Shown here: one piece after another, positions 1-8,850 of the stretch
Position numbering within the stretch: the first letter of the stretch is position 1
Layout of the letters: the number at the start of each line of letters is the position of its first letter
DNA from: a virus
Lineage: Duplodnaviria > Caudoviricetes
Length of the DNA: 39,154 nt
Reading direction: 5' to 3' (one strand)
Virus record (IMG/VR): IMGVR_UViG_3300032243_001044
Coordinates: 1 to 39,154 of that record
Translations under genes and position numbers: made by a program
The notes under the pieces: model-generated
Seen by the model: only the letters and a program-made list of their open reading frames with translations
Databases searched by the model: none
Told to the model about the DNA's origin: nothing

Positions 1-31
1 GTAGGTATCAAGTTGTAAGTCACAACACGAC

Positions 32-139
32 ATGTATATTCATGTCATGATGATAACGATAGAGCAATATATAGATGTATACGGTAAGTTCGAATTAAGA
101 TACAATAATAAAAAATATCACATTATAAAATTCAGATAA
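32..139 (+). CDS. small hypothetical protein (35 aa; alternative start at 47)
   Basis: ATG at 32, open to TAA at 137-139 (MYIHVMMITIEQYIDVYGKFELRYNNKKYHIIKFR); the next ORF starts at 141; below the ORF-track cutoff. Confidence 0.35.
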   Translation: MYIHVMMITIEQYIDVYGKFELRYNNKKYHIIKFR

Positions 140-140
140 C

Positions 141-260
141 ATGACAACATTAATATTAATTACACGAGTGACACTTATAATAACGATTATCGCGTTGGCT
201 ATGAAAGCCATACAGGTATGTGTGGATGAATACGATGGACAAAAAAATATGCATGAGTAA
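141..260 (+). CDS. small membrane peptide (39 aa)
   Basis: MTTLILITRVTLIITIIALAMKAIQVCVDEYDGQKNMHE*: hydrophobic N-half and charged tail, typical of small phage membrane proteins. Confidence 0.45.
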   Translation: MTTLILITRVTLIITIIALAMKAIQVCVDEYDGQKNMHE

Positions 261-265
261 ATGGC

Positions 266-383
266 ACCGCGCGTCGTACAAAAAGGTTACGGAGATCGGG
301 ACGTTATCGATTGATAGCGCTCCGATAGCGGTTTGATCGCGGACTGCTCCCACGCTAATTGCGGTCCATATACGGGGCGCGGT
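266..383 (+). ncRNA. candidate structured RNA or ssDNA element (four-way junction)
   Basis: Closing stem 266-278/371-383 (12 of 13 pairs, one of them G-U); inner hairpins 290-324, 328-340 and 341-367; much more GC-rich than the rest of the window; no credible ORF. Confidence 0.45.
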
Positions 384-541
384 TGTGCATAAAAAAAGAG
401 CGGTGTATTCTCAACGAAAACACAATCTCTACACCCCGATTGTATATACGCATATCCCAAATTCCGAAATAACCCCTTTGCACCCACTTTGCAAAATCTC
501 AACTCTAACTTTTAACAAACTTTTTGCGTCGACAAAAGGAT

Positions 542-549
542 ATATTTAT
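542..549 (+). promoter_or_regulatory. putative phage late promoter (ATATTTAT)
   Basis: Recurrent intergenic motif; ATG 554 follows after 4 nt. Confidence 0.55.
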
Positions 550-553
550 TGGT

Positions 554-733
554 ATGAAAAAATACACAGGCGAAATATTACTAACTAAAGAAGCATTCGC
601 GCTATACGCACAACAATTGCGTGAAGAAACCGCTAAGCAACATGGAATGACGTTAGAGCAGTGGGACGCCGCCATACTTAGCCAAAGTGTCGTGCAACAA
701 ATACACGATCATATATCGGGCTCGATGGAGTAG
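554..733 (+). CDS. hypothetical protein (59 aa)
   Basis: ATG 554 directly after the ATATTTAT motif is preferred over the TTG at 524 used by the track. Confidence 0.6.
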   Translation: MKKYTGEILLTKEAFALYAQQLREETAKQHGMTLEQWDAAILSQSVVQQIHDHISGSME

Positions 734-785
734 TGTGGTGATGGCACGACTCTTACCTATATTTCCCAGTATAAAACAACAAGTT

Positions 786-1298
786 ATGAAAAATTACGTC
801 GCCAATATTACACTTGAAAAAGCAACCCAACAACGCGTTACGTTAGAGCAAGCTCAACTGGATTATTATCTTCGTCCTGACACTACACATGATAATGTCC
901 AATATACAGATGTATTTACTCTCTCTCCAGATCCACTTAATCCTAAGTTCGATATAGTTCAATATTGGGTTAAACGCGAACGTTTTGATGTTCCTTTATC
1001 AATTGGGGAAGGATATGTTTATATATTGGTTAATAAGGGTCAACCTGGAATTTTAAAAATTGGATATACAGATCGCACTCCACAACAGCGTGTTGCTGAA
1101 ATAAATAAAGGTGCGGGTATAATTACTCCTTGGTATATTTCTAATGCTTTTCCTTGTAAATCACCTAATTATATTGAGTCGCTTGTTCATAAACATTTTG
1201 AACAATATAATATTAATAAAGAGGGATTTGCGGTTACTATTGCTATGGCAGAAAAAGTTATAAGTGATATTATTAGTGAAAATAAAGCCGGTATTTAA
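786..1298 (+). CDS. T5orf172/MUG113-type GIY-YIG domain protein
   Basis: GYVYILVN...LKIGYTDRTPQQRVAEIN...IESLVHKHF...EGF pattern; ATG 786 after an A-rich leader and a TGTG-N20-TATATTTC promoter-like site (734-765). Confidence 0.8.
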   Translation: MKNYVANITLEKATQQRVTLEQAQLDYYLRPDTTHDNVQYTDVFTLSPDPLNPKFDIVQYWVKRERFDVPLSIGEGYVYILVNKGQPGILKIGYTDRTPQQRVAEINKGAGIITPWYISNAFPCKSPNYIESLVHKHFEQYNINKEGFAVTIAMAEKVISDIISENKAGI

Positions 1299-1395
1299 TT
1301 AATTTAAAAACGAAATAAACGCCTAAATATAGTATATACGTATAAGCGTAGGATAAGTGAAGGCAACAGCAACTTGAGCAGGTTATTAAAAATTA

Positions 1396-1404
1396 ATATT
1401 TATA
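1396..1404 (+). promoter_or_regulatory. putative late promoter (ATATTTATA)
   Basis: Recurrent motif 3 nt before ATG 1408. Confidence 0.6.
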
Positions 1405-1407
1405 GAT

Positions 1408-1665
1408 ATGGCAAAACACTACAAATTAAAAATGGAAGATAAAGCAGCGTTGCTTAACCATTTACAACATTTAGGTATTAATATTGATAGTTTTGATATA
1501 ACAGATAATAAGTTGGATAATACATTTGAATTTAATGTTGAGGATCCAAACATGACTAAAGTTATTGATGATGTTTTAAAAAAATCTCCTAAACTAAATC
1601 AAGTTAAAGAGCAACTTAAAGCAATGATTCGAGAAGAATTAAAAAATATTAGAAATAGAGGATAA
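1408..1665 (+). CDS. hypothetical protein with C-terminal LKAMIREEL helix
   Basis: Clean ORF between the promoter motif and a terminator hairpin. Confidence 0.75.
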   Translation: MAKHYKLKMEDKAALLNHLQHLGINIDSFDITDNKLDNTFEFNVEDPNMTKVIDDVLKKSPKLNQVKEQLKAMIREELKNIRNRG

Positions 1666-1686
1666 CAAAAGTTATCCTTTCTCTTT
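1659..1686 (+). terminator. intrinsic terminator
   Basis: AGGATAAC-AAAA-GTTATCCT perfect 8-bp stem followed by TTCTCTTT. Confidence 0.7.
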
Positions 1687-1715
1687 GGAAGTACAAAAAA
1701 TCTTACGTAACTTCT
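1684..1715 (+). promoter_or_regulatory. Bacteroidota-type housekeeping promoter
   Basis: TTTG (1684-1687), 20 nt, TAACTTCT (1708-1715); resembles the -33 TTTG / -7 TAnnTTTG consensus. Confidence 0.45.
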
Positions 1716-1753
1716 ACCTATAATTAGAGATTAGTGGGAACATAAAGAACCGT

Positions 1754-1762
1754 ATATTTATA
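1754..1762 (+). promoter_or_regulatory. putative late promoter (ATATTTATA)
   Basis: Recurrent motif upstream of ATG 1779. Confidence 0.55.
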
Positions 1763-1778
1763 TATAAACATATATCAC

Positions 1779-1979
1779 ATGAGATACAAAAACAACGTGC
1801 TAGATAAATTAGTGCAATTAGAATCGGCTGTTAACAGAGTTAATATCCAAGTAAATAGAGGAGGAACACAAGACAACGTTAATGAATCTATTGAAGTTTT
1901 AAAAGAACAAATTGAACAAATTCGTGAAATGGTTTCTATTGAACCGGATGATTTTGAACAACAATTTGCTCCTAAATAA
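1779..1979 (+). CDS. hypothetical coiled-coil protein
   Basis: 66-aa ORF with helical heptad character. Confidence 0.75.
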   Translation: MRYKNNVLDKLVQLESAVNRVNIQVNRGGTQDNVNESIEVLKEQIEQIREMVSIEPDDFEQQFAPK

Positions 1980-1988
1980 TAATTAAAT

Positions 1989-2267
1989 ATGATAATAGCT
2001 TTATGGGTAGTTATAATTCATTTAATTGAATTAGCTATCATTGGTGCTTTTTTACTTATTAGGCGTAATAATGCTTTAGAAAAAGCTTTTGCCGAACAAC
2101 AACAATATATTGATGCTATTGGTATAATTGCTGCTGATGGGGAAGTCCGTTTAAAAGAATTAGATTTACAAGGCGCATTTCAAGCCGATGATGAAGTAGG
2201 TACGTTCTTTTCTAATTTAAAAGAAATACAAACATTAGTTAGTCAATTTAATACTCGTAAAAACTAG
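1989..2267 (+). CDS. membrane-anchored hypothetical protein
   Basis: N-terminal hydrophobic helix (MIIALWVVIIHLIELAIIGAFLLI) followed by RR and a helical soluble part. Confidence 0.75.
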   Translation: MIIALWVVIIHLIELAIIGAFLLIRRNNALEKAFAEQQQYIDAIGIIAADGEVRLKELDLQGAFQADDEVGTFFSNLKEIQTLVSQFNTRKN

Positions 2268-2320
2268 TTTGGTTACGTTCCTTTTTTTTCGTATAATGTT
2301 ATTAAAATAAAAATAACAGA

Positions 2321-3100
2321 ATGGCATATTATGAAGAAGATTACGATTTAGATATCTTTGCTGAAGATGATGTAATCGCTTTAACCAAAAGAGGGCTACC
2401 TCGTAAACGTAAGCCCAAAGAACCTAGAATATATTTTACTCAAGATACTGAAGATGCTATCGTAGAATATCTTATTACTACCGATATGGCTGAACGTAAT
2501 CGCATTTATAATGATCGTATTAAATATGGTTTTTATAAATTAGCAGAGAATATTATCCATACGTTTAAGTTTTATTATACCGATACAGATACAATTGAGG
2601 AATTAAAGCATGAAGTAATTACATTTCTTCTTGAAAAACTCCACTTATATAAGGCTGAGAAGGGTAAGGCATTTAGTTATTTTGGTACTATTGCTAAACG
2701 TTATTTAATCGTATATAACGAGAACAATTATAAAAAATTACAAGAAAAAGCTGATATAGATGAATTAGATGAAGATAAAACTCATCTGCATGAATCAATG
2801 GATGCTATAGACGAATTACATTCTCCAAATCTATTCATTAATCAGTATATTAAGTATATTGATAAACACATTCATACATTATTTCCTAAACCACATGATG
2901 CTCAGACAGCTGATGCTATTGTTGAATTATTTCGTAAGCGTGAAACGTTGGAAATATTTAATAAAAAGGCTTTATACATTTACATACGTGAAATGACAGA
3001 TGTATCCACTCCTCAGATTACTAAAATCATTAAAAAATTAGACACTATACGTGTTAAATTATATAATGAATATTATGAGCACGGATATATAAAGATTTAA
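2321..3100 (+). CDS. late-transcription sigma factor (T4 gp55-like)
   Basis: YFTQDTEDAIVEY...KLAENII...KAFSYFGTIAKRYLI resembles sigma region 2 of gp55-like factors; C-terminal HTH-like segment (YIYIREMTDVSTPQITKIIKKL); upstream TTTG-N20-TATAATGT. Confidence 0.75.
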   Translation: MAYYEEDYDLDIFAEDDVIALTKRGLPRKRKPKEPRIYFTQDTEDAIVEYLITTDMAERNRIYNDRIKYGFYKLAENIIHTFKFYYTDTDTIEELKHEVITFLLEKLHLYKAEKGKAFSYFGTIAKRYLIVYNENNYKKLQEKADIDELDEDKTHLHESMDAIDELHSPNLFINQYIKYIDKHIHTLFPKPHDAQTADAIVELFRKRETLEIFNKKALYIYIREMTDVSTPQITKIIKKLDTIRVKLYNEYYEHGYIKI

Positions 3101-3106
3101 TTATTC

Positions 3107-3114
3107 ATATTTAT
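3107..3114 (+). promoter_or_regulatory. putative late promoter (ATATTTAT)
   Basis: Recurrent motif heading the structural operon. Confidence 0.55.
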
Positions 3115-3129
3115 TGATAAACGCATTTT

Positions 3130-3528
3130 ATGGCTAATTTTGACGACGTAACAATATTTGGTAATACATCCTTATCGGATTTATTTAAACAAATACACAA
3201 GAATAATAAGGATATTGACAAACAAATTGGTGAGTTTATTGATACTATGAAACCTATGGCAACATCTAACGCGGGTTCCGCAGTAATGTTAATGCCTACC
3301 GTTAAAGATTTAATTGATGTTAACGTAAAGAATAATGAACAATTAATTAAAATGGCAGCTATTGCACAACGTGCAGCTACTTCTAATAGCAATTCAGCAG
3401 ATTCATTAATTGATATGAGTGAAATTGAAGCTTTATTAGCTGAACAGAAAGATATTCAAGAAGAAGGTAAAAAATTATTAGAGCAAGCCCCTAAACCTCA
3501 ACAACTTCAATACGAAACTATTAAATAA
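3130..3528 (+). CDS. helical protein, possible terminase small subunit (gp16-like)
   Basis: 132 aa with two long helices (KDIDKQIGEFIDTMK / VKDLIDVNVKNNEQLIKMAAIAQR); function inferred from size, architecture and context only. Confidence 0.4.
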   Translation: MANFDDVTIFGNTSLSDLFKQIHKNNKDIDKQIGEFIDTMKPMATSNAGSAVMLMPTVKDLIDVNVKNNEQLIKMAAIAQRAATSNSNSADSLIDMSEIEALLAEQKDIQEEGKKLLEQAPKPQQLQYETIK

Positions 3529-4766
3529 TGTCTTTATCTATTAAAACTGGGGTTGGTTCATTAACAGCAGGAATAAGTAGACCTACAAATCTTATTTCAA
3601 CACTTCCTTCTTTAAAAGTAGGTAGAGTGTATGGTGTTGTTACTACAAATAATACTCCAACATTAAAGCAATTTAGTAGAGCAGGTGAATATGGAGGTAC
3701 AGGAACTGTTTTTTTCTTAGATTATAATAATGCTAAGAATATAATAGGTAATAATACAGATACTTTTTTAGATACTTGTGATATAGCAAAACCTTTATTC
3801 CCTAATATTAATTACTATCCTTTACTAGGAGAATTAATATATATAATAGAACTCCCATCACCAGCATCTCAGATAACATCAAATTCAACTCAAAAATATT
3901 ATACTACAGTTATAAATTTATGGGGTGATTCTCAAGTAAATGCTCAAACAGCTAATTCAACATCTCCATTAGGAAAAACATTTATTGAAAGTTCTACTAT
4001 TAGAAATTTATTAAATTTTGAAGGTGATTGTATTATACAAGGTAGAAAAGGAAATTCAATACGTTTTGGAAGTACTGTTAAATTTGCTTCTAATAATAAT
4101 GAATGGAGTTCTTTAGGAGCAGATGGTGATCCAATTATAATTATTTCTAATGGGCATAATTATAAAAAAGATGATGATTTTTATGTTGAAAAAATAGATG
4201 AAGAAGCATCTTCTATTTATTTAACTTCTACTCAAAATATTCCTTTTAAAGTTTCTGTTAAAGATCCTATTAATTTTTTAACTTCACCAATAGTTAATTA
4301 TTATCAAAATCCACAAGTTATAGTTAGTGCTGATAGAATAATATTAAATTCTAAAAAAGATGATATAATGTTATTTGCTTCTTCTAATATAGAATTAAGT
4401 ACAAATTATACTATTAATTTAAATGCTAATGAGCATATACATCTTAATATCAAAGAAGAAAATCCTACTTTAACAACAACTGCAACTATAAAACCAAAAA
4501 TATTTTTAGGTACTAAATTTACAAATGAAATACCTACAGAACCTTTAATGCTAGGAAGACAAACAGCATATTATCTTAAAGATTTATTAGGGGCTATAGA
4601 TACATTTGCTACTAAACTATCACCAGCTGGTTCTTCTTCTCAAGGAAGTCCTATAGCTGATATACAAACAGCAGCAGATGAGTTATATACTAGAATTCAT
4701 TCAGATACAGACAATCTTTATGATAGAATAGAAAAATTATTATCTAAATCTACATTTACTATATAA
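3528..4766 (+). CDS. baseplate hub / spike protein (gp5-like, no lysozyme domain)
   Basis: OB-fold-like N-part (GRVYGV...PLLGELIYII), EGDCIIQGRKGNSIRFGS, beta-helix-like ADRIILNSK...IHLN, EPLMLG; upstream of gp25/gp6. Confidence 0.7.
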   Translation: MSLSIKTGVGSLTAGISRPTNLISTLPSLKVGRVYGVVTTNNTPTLKQFSRAGEYGGTGTVFFLDYNNAKNIIGNNTDTFLDTCDIAKPLFPNINYYPLLGELIYIIELPSPASQITSNSTQKYYTTVINLWGDSQVNAQTANSTSPLGKTFIESSTIRNLLNFEGDCIIQGRKGNSIRFGSTVKFASNNNEWSSLGADGDPIIIISNGHNYKKDDDFYVEKIDEEASSIYLTSTQNIPFKVSVKDPINFLTSPIVNYYQNPQVIVSADRIILNSKKDDIMLFASSNIELSTNYTINLNANEHIHLNIKEENPTLTTTATIKPKIFLGTKFTNEIPTEPLMLGRQTAYYLKDLLGAIDTFATKLSPAGSSSQGSPIADIQTAADELYTRIHSDTDNLYDRIEKLLSKSTFTI

Positions 4767-6211
4767 TGCAACAATTACCTGGTGATCCACAACCACAAGA
4801 TTTAAATTCTCCTGTTGCTAGCGTTAATTATAGTAGCACAGAAGGTGATATGAAATCTAATGTATCTTCTTTTATCCCACCAAGTGTAGGTAGTACTTTA
4901 TCTCAAATACAAAATCCAACTACATTTGGGGATCAATTAGCTAATCAAGCTAAACAACAAGTAATAGCTGTTATATTAGGTCCTATTCAAAAATTAAAAA
5001 ATGAAATTGATAAGGCCGTTAGTGCTAAAATTAAATTAGAAGTTGATCATGTAAATACTCTTTTAGAATTAACTAATAATTCAATAGCTACTACAACATA
5101 TGATTCTTATGGTACACAAGTTTTAGTTCCCCCTATTTTAAGTCCAAGTGAATATCAAGCTGCTGTAATTAGAGAAAATGCTAGTTATGAGGCTGCTAAA
5201 ATTATTAATGATAATACTTTAAAAAAATTAGAAGAAAGATTACAAAATTTACTTCTTGATCCTTACAATAAAATTAAAAAAGAAATTAATACTTTTAAAG
5301 CTAGTAAAGATACTTTAGTAACTAGAATTAAAAATTTAAAGGGTCAAATGAATAAACAAAAGTTACAACAATTATCTTTAAACATAGCTAAAACAATAAT
5401 TGTAACTACTTCATCTTTATTAACTCAACAATTAATTACAGTTATATCTGATAATTCTTCTCTTCAAGATTTAGTAAATAAAACAAATGATATTATAGAT
5501 GCTGCTGAAACTATTGATCAAATTAACCAAGCTAGAGTAGCTAGAAATGGTTGTATTAGTAAAATAAACCAACAAGAAGCACGAATTCAAGCAGCTATTA
5601 AAGTATTAAATACCATAAGTATAATATTAAATGTATTTAATGTATTAAATTCAGTATTAAGTATTCTTAATATTCCTTCTCCATTAGGTGTTGCTGCAAA
5701 ACCTTTAGCTATGTTAAATGTAAATGCTGCAAAAATATTAGATGGAATATCGGCAACAGTTAGTATTTTAATTCCTATATTAAATGGAGCTGTATTTGTT
5801 TTAGAAGATTTAAAAAGACAATTACATGATGTAAATCAAAAAATTGAAGAAAAAACATTAGCTTTATTAAACGATGTTGATTTAACTAATTATTTAGACC
5901 AAATTAAATATTCTAGTGATGATCCAACATCTAGTGTTAATTTACAAAACTTAAACACACTATCAGGACTCATAAATCAACCAATTAACCCAATTTCAAA
6001 TAATTTGGGAACATATAAAGGGTTTACATTCTTTACTAGAGAAGAAAACGACCCTAAATTTAATGTACGCGGAAATAAACGACACTACGTTGTAGCTGTG
6101 GATACTAAAAATGTGGAACGAATTAAAAGTGATTATTCATTTACACTTAACCCTGCACAACTAGTAACTCAACTAAAATTAGTTATTGACCAACAAAATT
6201 TACAAGGATAA
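4766..6211 (+). CDS. long coiled-coil virion-associated hypothetical protein
   Basis: 481 aa helical protein with a hydrophobic stretch (VLNTISIILNVFNVLNSVLSILNIP...); TAATG-coupled to the gp5-like gene. Confidence 0.75.
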   Translation: MQQLPGDPQPQDLNSPVASVNYSSTEGDMKSNVSSFIPPSVGSTLSQIQNPTTFGDQLANQAKQQVIAVILGPIQKLKNEIDKAVSAKIKLEVDHVNTLLELTNNSIATTTYDSYGTQVLVPPILSPSEYQAAVIRENASYEAAKIINDNTLKKLEERLQNLLLDPYNKIKKEINTFKASKDTLVTRIKNLKGQMNKQKLQQLSLNIAKTIIVTTSSLLTQQLITVISDNSSLQDLVNKTNDIIDAAETIDQINQARVARNGCISKINQQEARIQAAIKVLNTISIILNVFNVLNSVLSILNIPSPLGVAAKPLAMLNVNAAKILDGISATVSILIPILNGAVFVLEDLKRQLHDVNQKIEEKTLALLNDVDLTNYLDQIKYSSDDPTSSVNLQNLNTLSGLINQPINPISNNLGTYKGFTFFTREENDPKFNVRGNKRHYVVAVDTKNVERIKSDYSFTLNPAQLVTQLKLVIDQQNLQG

Positions 6212-6212
6212 A

Positions 6213-6221
6213 ATATTTATA
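6213..6221 (+). promoter_or_regulatory. putative late promoter (ATATTTATA)
   Basis: Recurrent motif 3 nt before ATG 6225. Confidence 0.6.
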
Positions 6222-6224
6222 ACT

Positions 6225-6590
6225 ATGAACATCAAAGTATTTAAAAGATTAATTAAAGAAGCGGTAATTGATGCAATGCACGAAGAATTACCTGAAATTT
6301 TAAACGAAGTAATGGCTCGTCAAAATAAAACAGCCTTAACTGAAAGTAGAACAATGAATTTTACTAGTGCTAATGTGCCAACTAACCCATTACCCAATGG
6401 TGTACGCAGCCAATTAGCATCTCAAATGGGTGAGGCCTTTGGTTTCCAACAACCAGTTAATAAATTAGCAGTAATCGACGCTGTTGATGAAAATACAGGT
6501 GAAAAGATAAATCCATTTGCTGCTTTTATTGCAGATGCTGCTAATAACATGTCACCAATGGATAAACAAGGGTTAAGAAATTTAGATTAA
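6225..6590 (+). CDS. hypothetical protein (N-terminal KRLIKEAV helix)
   Basis: ATG 6225 after the promoter motif is preferred over the overlapping TTG at 6186. Confidence 0.75.
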   Translation: MNIKVFKRLIKEAVIDAMHEELPEILNEVMARQNKTALTESRTMNFTSANVPTNPLPNGVRSQLASQMGEAFGFQQPVNKLAVIDAVDENTGEKINPFAAFIADAANNMSPMDKQGLRNLD

Positions 6591-6591
6591 T

Positions 6592-7002
6592 ATGCCAATA
6601 CCTCAAACAATACGTGTAAATCCGTTAGATTTACAAAAGAATATTGTGATTGGGGTATCTTTACCTTTTAATGCACCTGGTGTTTTTAATAAGACCTATA
6701 GTACTAAAGATCAAATTAAATCAAATTTGATTAATTTATTACTAACAGATAAAGGTGAACGTATAATGAATCCTGAGTTTGGAACAGATTTAAGAAGATC
6801 ATTATTTGAAAATATGACTAATCTTAATTCAGATGTTTTAAGGCTTAAAATAATAGATTCAATTAATATTTTTATTCCTGAAATAGTATTAGGAGAAGTA
6901 AAAATTGAACCTAATTTTGATTCTAATATTTTAAATGTAACTATAAACTATCGTTTAGCAATTTCAAATACCCCAGACCAAGTAACTGTACAATTTATAT
7001 AA
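6592..7002 (+). CDS. baseplate wedge subunit gp25-like (GPW/gp25)
   Basis: QIKSNLINLLLTDKGERIMNPEFGTDLRRSLFE signature. Confidence 0.92.
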   Translation: MPIPQTIRVNPLDLQKNIVIGVSLPFNAPGVFNKTYSTKDQIKSNLINLLLTDKGERIMNPEFGTDLRRSLFENMTNLNSDVLRLKIIDSINIFIPEIVLGEVKIEPNFDSNILNVTINYRLAISNTPDQVTVQFI

Positions 7003-7004
7003 TA

Positions 7005-8840
7005 ATGGCCCAAGATAACAATATATCATATTTAAATAAAAGTTTTAGTGATTTTAAGGCTAACCTTACAAACTATGCTAAAACATACTTCCCAACAGCA
7101 TATAATGATTTTTCAGATGCTAACCCAGGAGCTATGTTTATTGAAATGGCATCATATGTTGGTGATGTAATGTCATTTTATCTTGATAACCAAGTACAAG
7201 AAAACTATTTATTATATGCTAAGGAAAAAGAAAATTTATATGCATTATCATATACTTTAGGATATCGCCCTAAAGCATCATATGCATCTTCAGCTATAAT
7301 AGATATATATCAAAAAATGCCTATTAAGGTAGGTACAAGTCCTTTAATTCCTGATACTTTTTATTCTTTAATAGTACCTGAAAATACAATATTAACTTCT
7401 ACATCAACAGGAACTTCATTCTTAACTACTCAAAAGTTAGATTTTAGTGATACTGGAAGTGCTACTATTACTTTATATGATGCTGATTATTTTTTAGTTA
7501 AAAATTCAATATCTGCTATATCAGCTGATATTAAAACAACTACTTTTAATTTTAGTAGTCCTCAAAAATTTTCTACTGTTACAATTAATGATAGTAATAT
7601 TTTACAAATTTTAGATATAACAGATAGTGACGGAAATAAATGGTATGAAGTACCTTATTTAGCTCAATCTACTATTTACGAAAAATTTTCAAATCCAAAT
7701 TATACTACTGATCAAGTACCTTATTTATTAAAATTAAAACGTACTCCACGTAGATTTATATCAAGAATTTTATCTGATAACTCATTACAACTAGAATTTG
7801 GAGCAGGTATTTCTAATAAATCTGACAATAATATAATTCCAACCCCAGATAATATTAAATTAGGATTAGTACCAGGTATATCTAATTTATTAGGCAATTA
7901 TAATCAAGCCTCAATATTTTATACTCAAGAATATGGTTTAGCTCCATCTAATACTACTTTAACAGTAAGATACTTAACAGGTGGAGGTATAATTTCAAAT
8001 GTACCTACTAATGATTTAACTAGTATAGATACCTCAGGAATATATTTTAAAAATGGAGATCCAGGTGGAGTAATATCTACTACTATAAAATCAAGTATAG
8101 CATCTACTAATACAAATCCTTCATCAGGAGGAAGAGGTGGAGATGAAATTGAAGAAATTAGACAAAATGCTTTATATGCTCATTCATCTCAATTACGTGC
8201 TGTAACTAAAAATGATTATATTGTAAGAGCATTATCATTACCTTCAGATTATGGTAGTATTTCTAAAGTATATATTACTCAAGATGTTATGGAAAACCCA
8301 CAACCTTCTCTTGTAACAGCTAATACACAACCAAATCCTTTATCTTTAGATTTATATGTTTTAGCTTATAATTCTAATAAACAATTAAATTTAGCATCTA
8401 CTACATTAAAACAAAATTTAGTTACTTATTTAAATGAGTATAGAATGGTTACAGATGCCATTAATATTAGAGATGCTTTTTATATAAACATTGGTGTTAA
8501 TTTTGATATTACTACAATAAGTGGATTTAGTAATCAATTAGTATTATCTAATTGTATTAATGCTTTAAAAGATTATTTTAATATAGAAAAATGGCAAATA
8601 AATCAACCTATTGTGCTTTCTGAAATTGTATCTCTTCTTTTACAAATAAAAGGAGTACAATCTGTTCCTAATATTAATATAATTAATAAACAAGATAGTA
8701 CAGGCACCACATATTCTACTTTTGGATATGATATACCTGGAGCTACTCAAAGTGGAAATATATACCCATCAGCAGATCCTTCAATATTTGAAGTTAGATA
8801 CCCTAATACAGATATTCAAGGTAGAGTTATAACATTATAA
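7005..8840 (+). CDS. baseplate wedge protein gp6-like (baseplate J)
   Basis: DFKANL..YAKTYFP..YNDF...GAMFIEMASYVGDVMSFYLD, LGYRPK, LEFGAG, SGG.GGDEIEEIR, RAVTKNDY motifs. Confidence 0.92.
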   Translation: MAQDNNISYLNKSFSDFKANLTNYAKTYFPTAYNDFSDANPGAMFIEMASYVGDVMSFYLDNQVQENYLLYAKEKENLYALSYTLGYRPKASYASSAIIDIYQKMPIKVGTSPLIPDTFYSLIVPENTILTSTSTGTSFLTTQKLDFSDTGSATITLYDADYFLVKNSISAISADIKTTTFNFSSPQKFSTVTINDSNILQILDITDSDGNKWYEVPYLAQSTIYEKFSNPNYTTDQVPYLLKLKRTPRRFISRILSDNSLQLEFGAGISNKSDNNIIPTPDNIKLGLVPGISNLLGNYNQASIFYTQEYGLAPSNTTLTVRYLTGGGIISNVPTNDLTSIDTSGIYFKNGDPGGVISTTIKSSIASTNTNPSSGGRGGDEIEEIRQNALYAHSSQLRAVTKNDYIVRALSLPSDYGSISKVYITQDVMENPQPSLVTANTQPNPLSLDLYVLAYNSNKQLNLASTTLKQNLVTYLNEYRMVTDAINIRDAFYINIGVNFDITTISGFSNQLVLSNCINALKDYFNIEKWQINQPIVLSEIVSLLLQIKGVQSVPNINIINKQDSTGTTYSTFGYDIPGATQSGNIYPSADPSIFEVRYPNTDIQGRVITL

Positions 8841-8850
8841 AATTAAAAAT

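Noticed and set aside
266-383. tRNA gene
   Set aside because: Too long, no TTCRA T-loop, no 7-nt anticodon loop geometry, no CCA end
156-588. ORFs 156-353(-), 287-502(-) and 385-588(+)
   Set aside because: Mutually overlapping, atypical composition, lying over the structured GC-rich island; likely spurious
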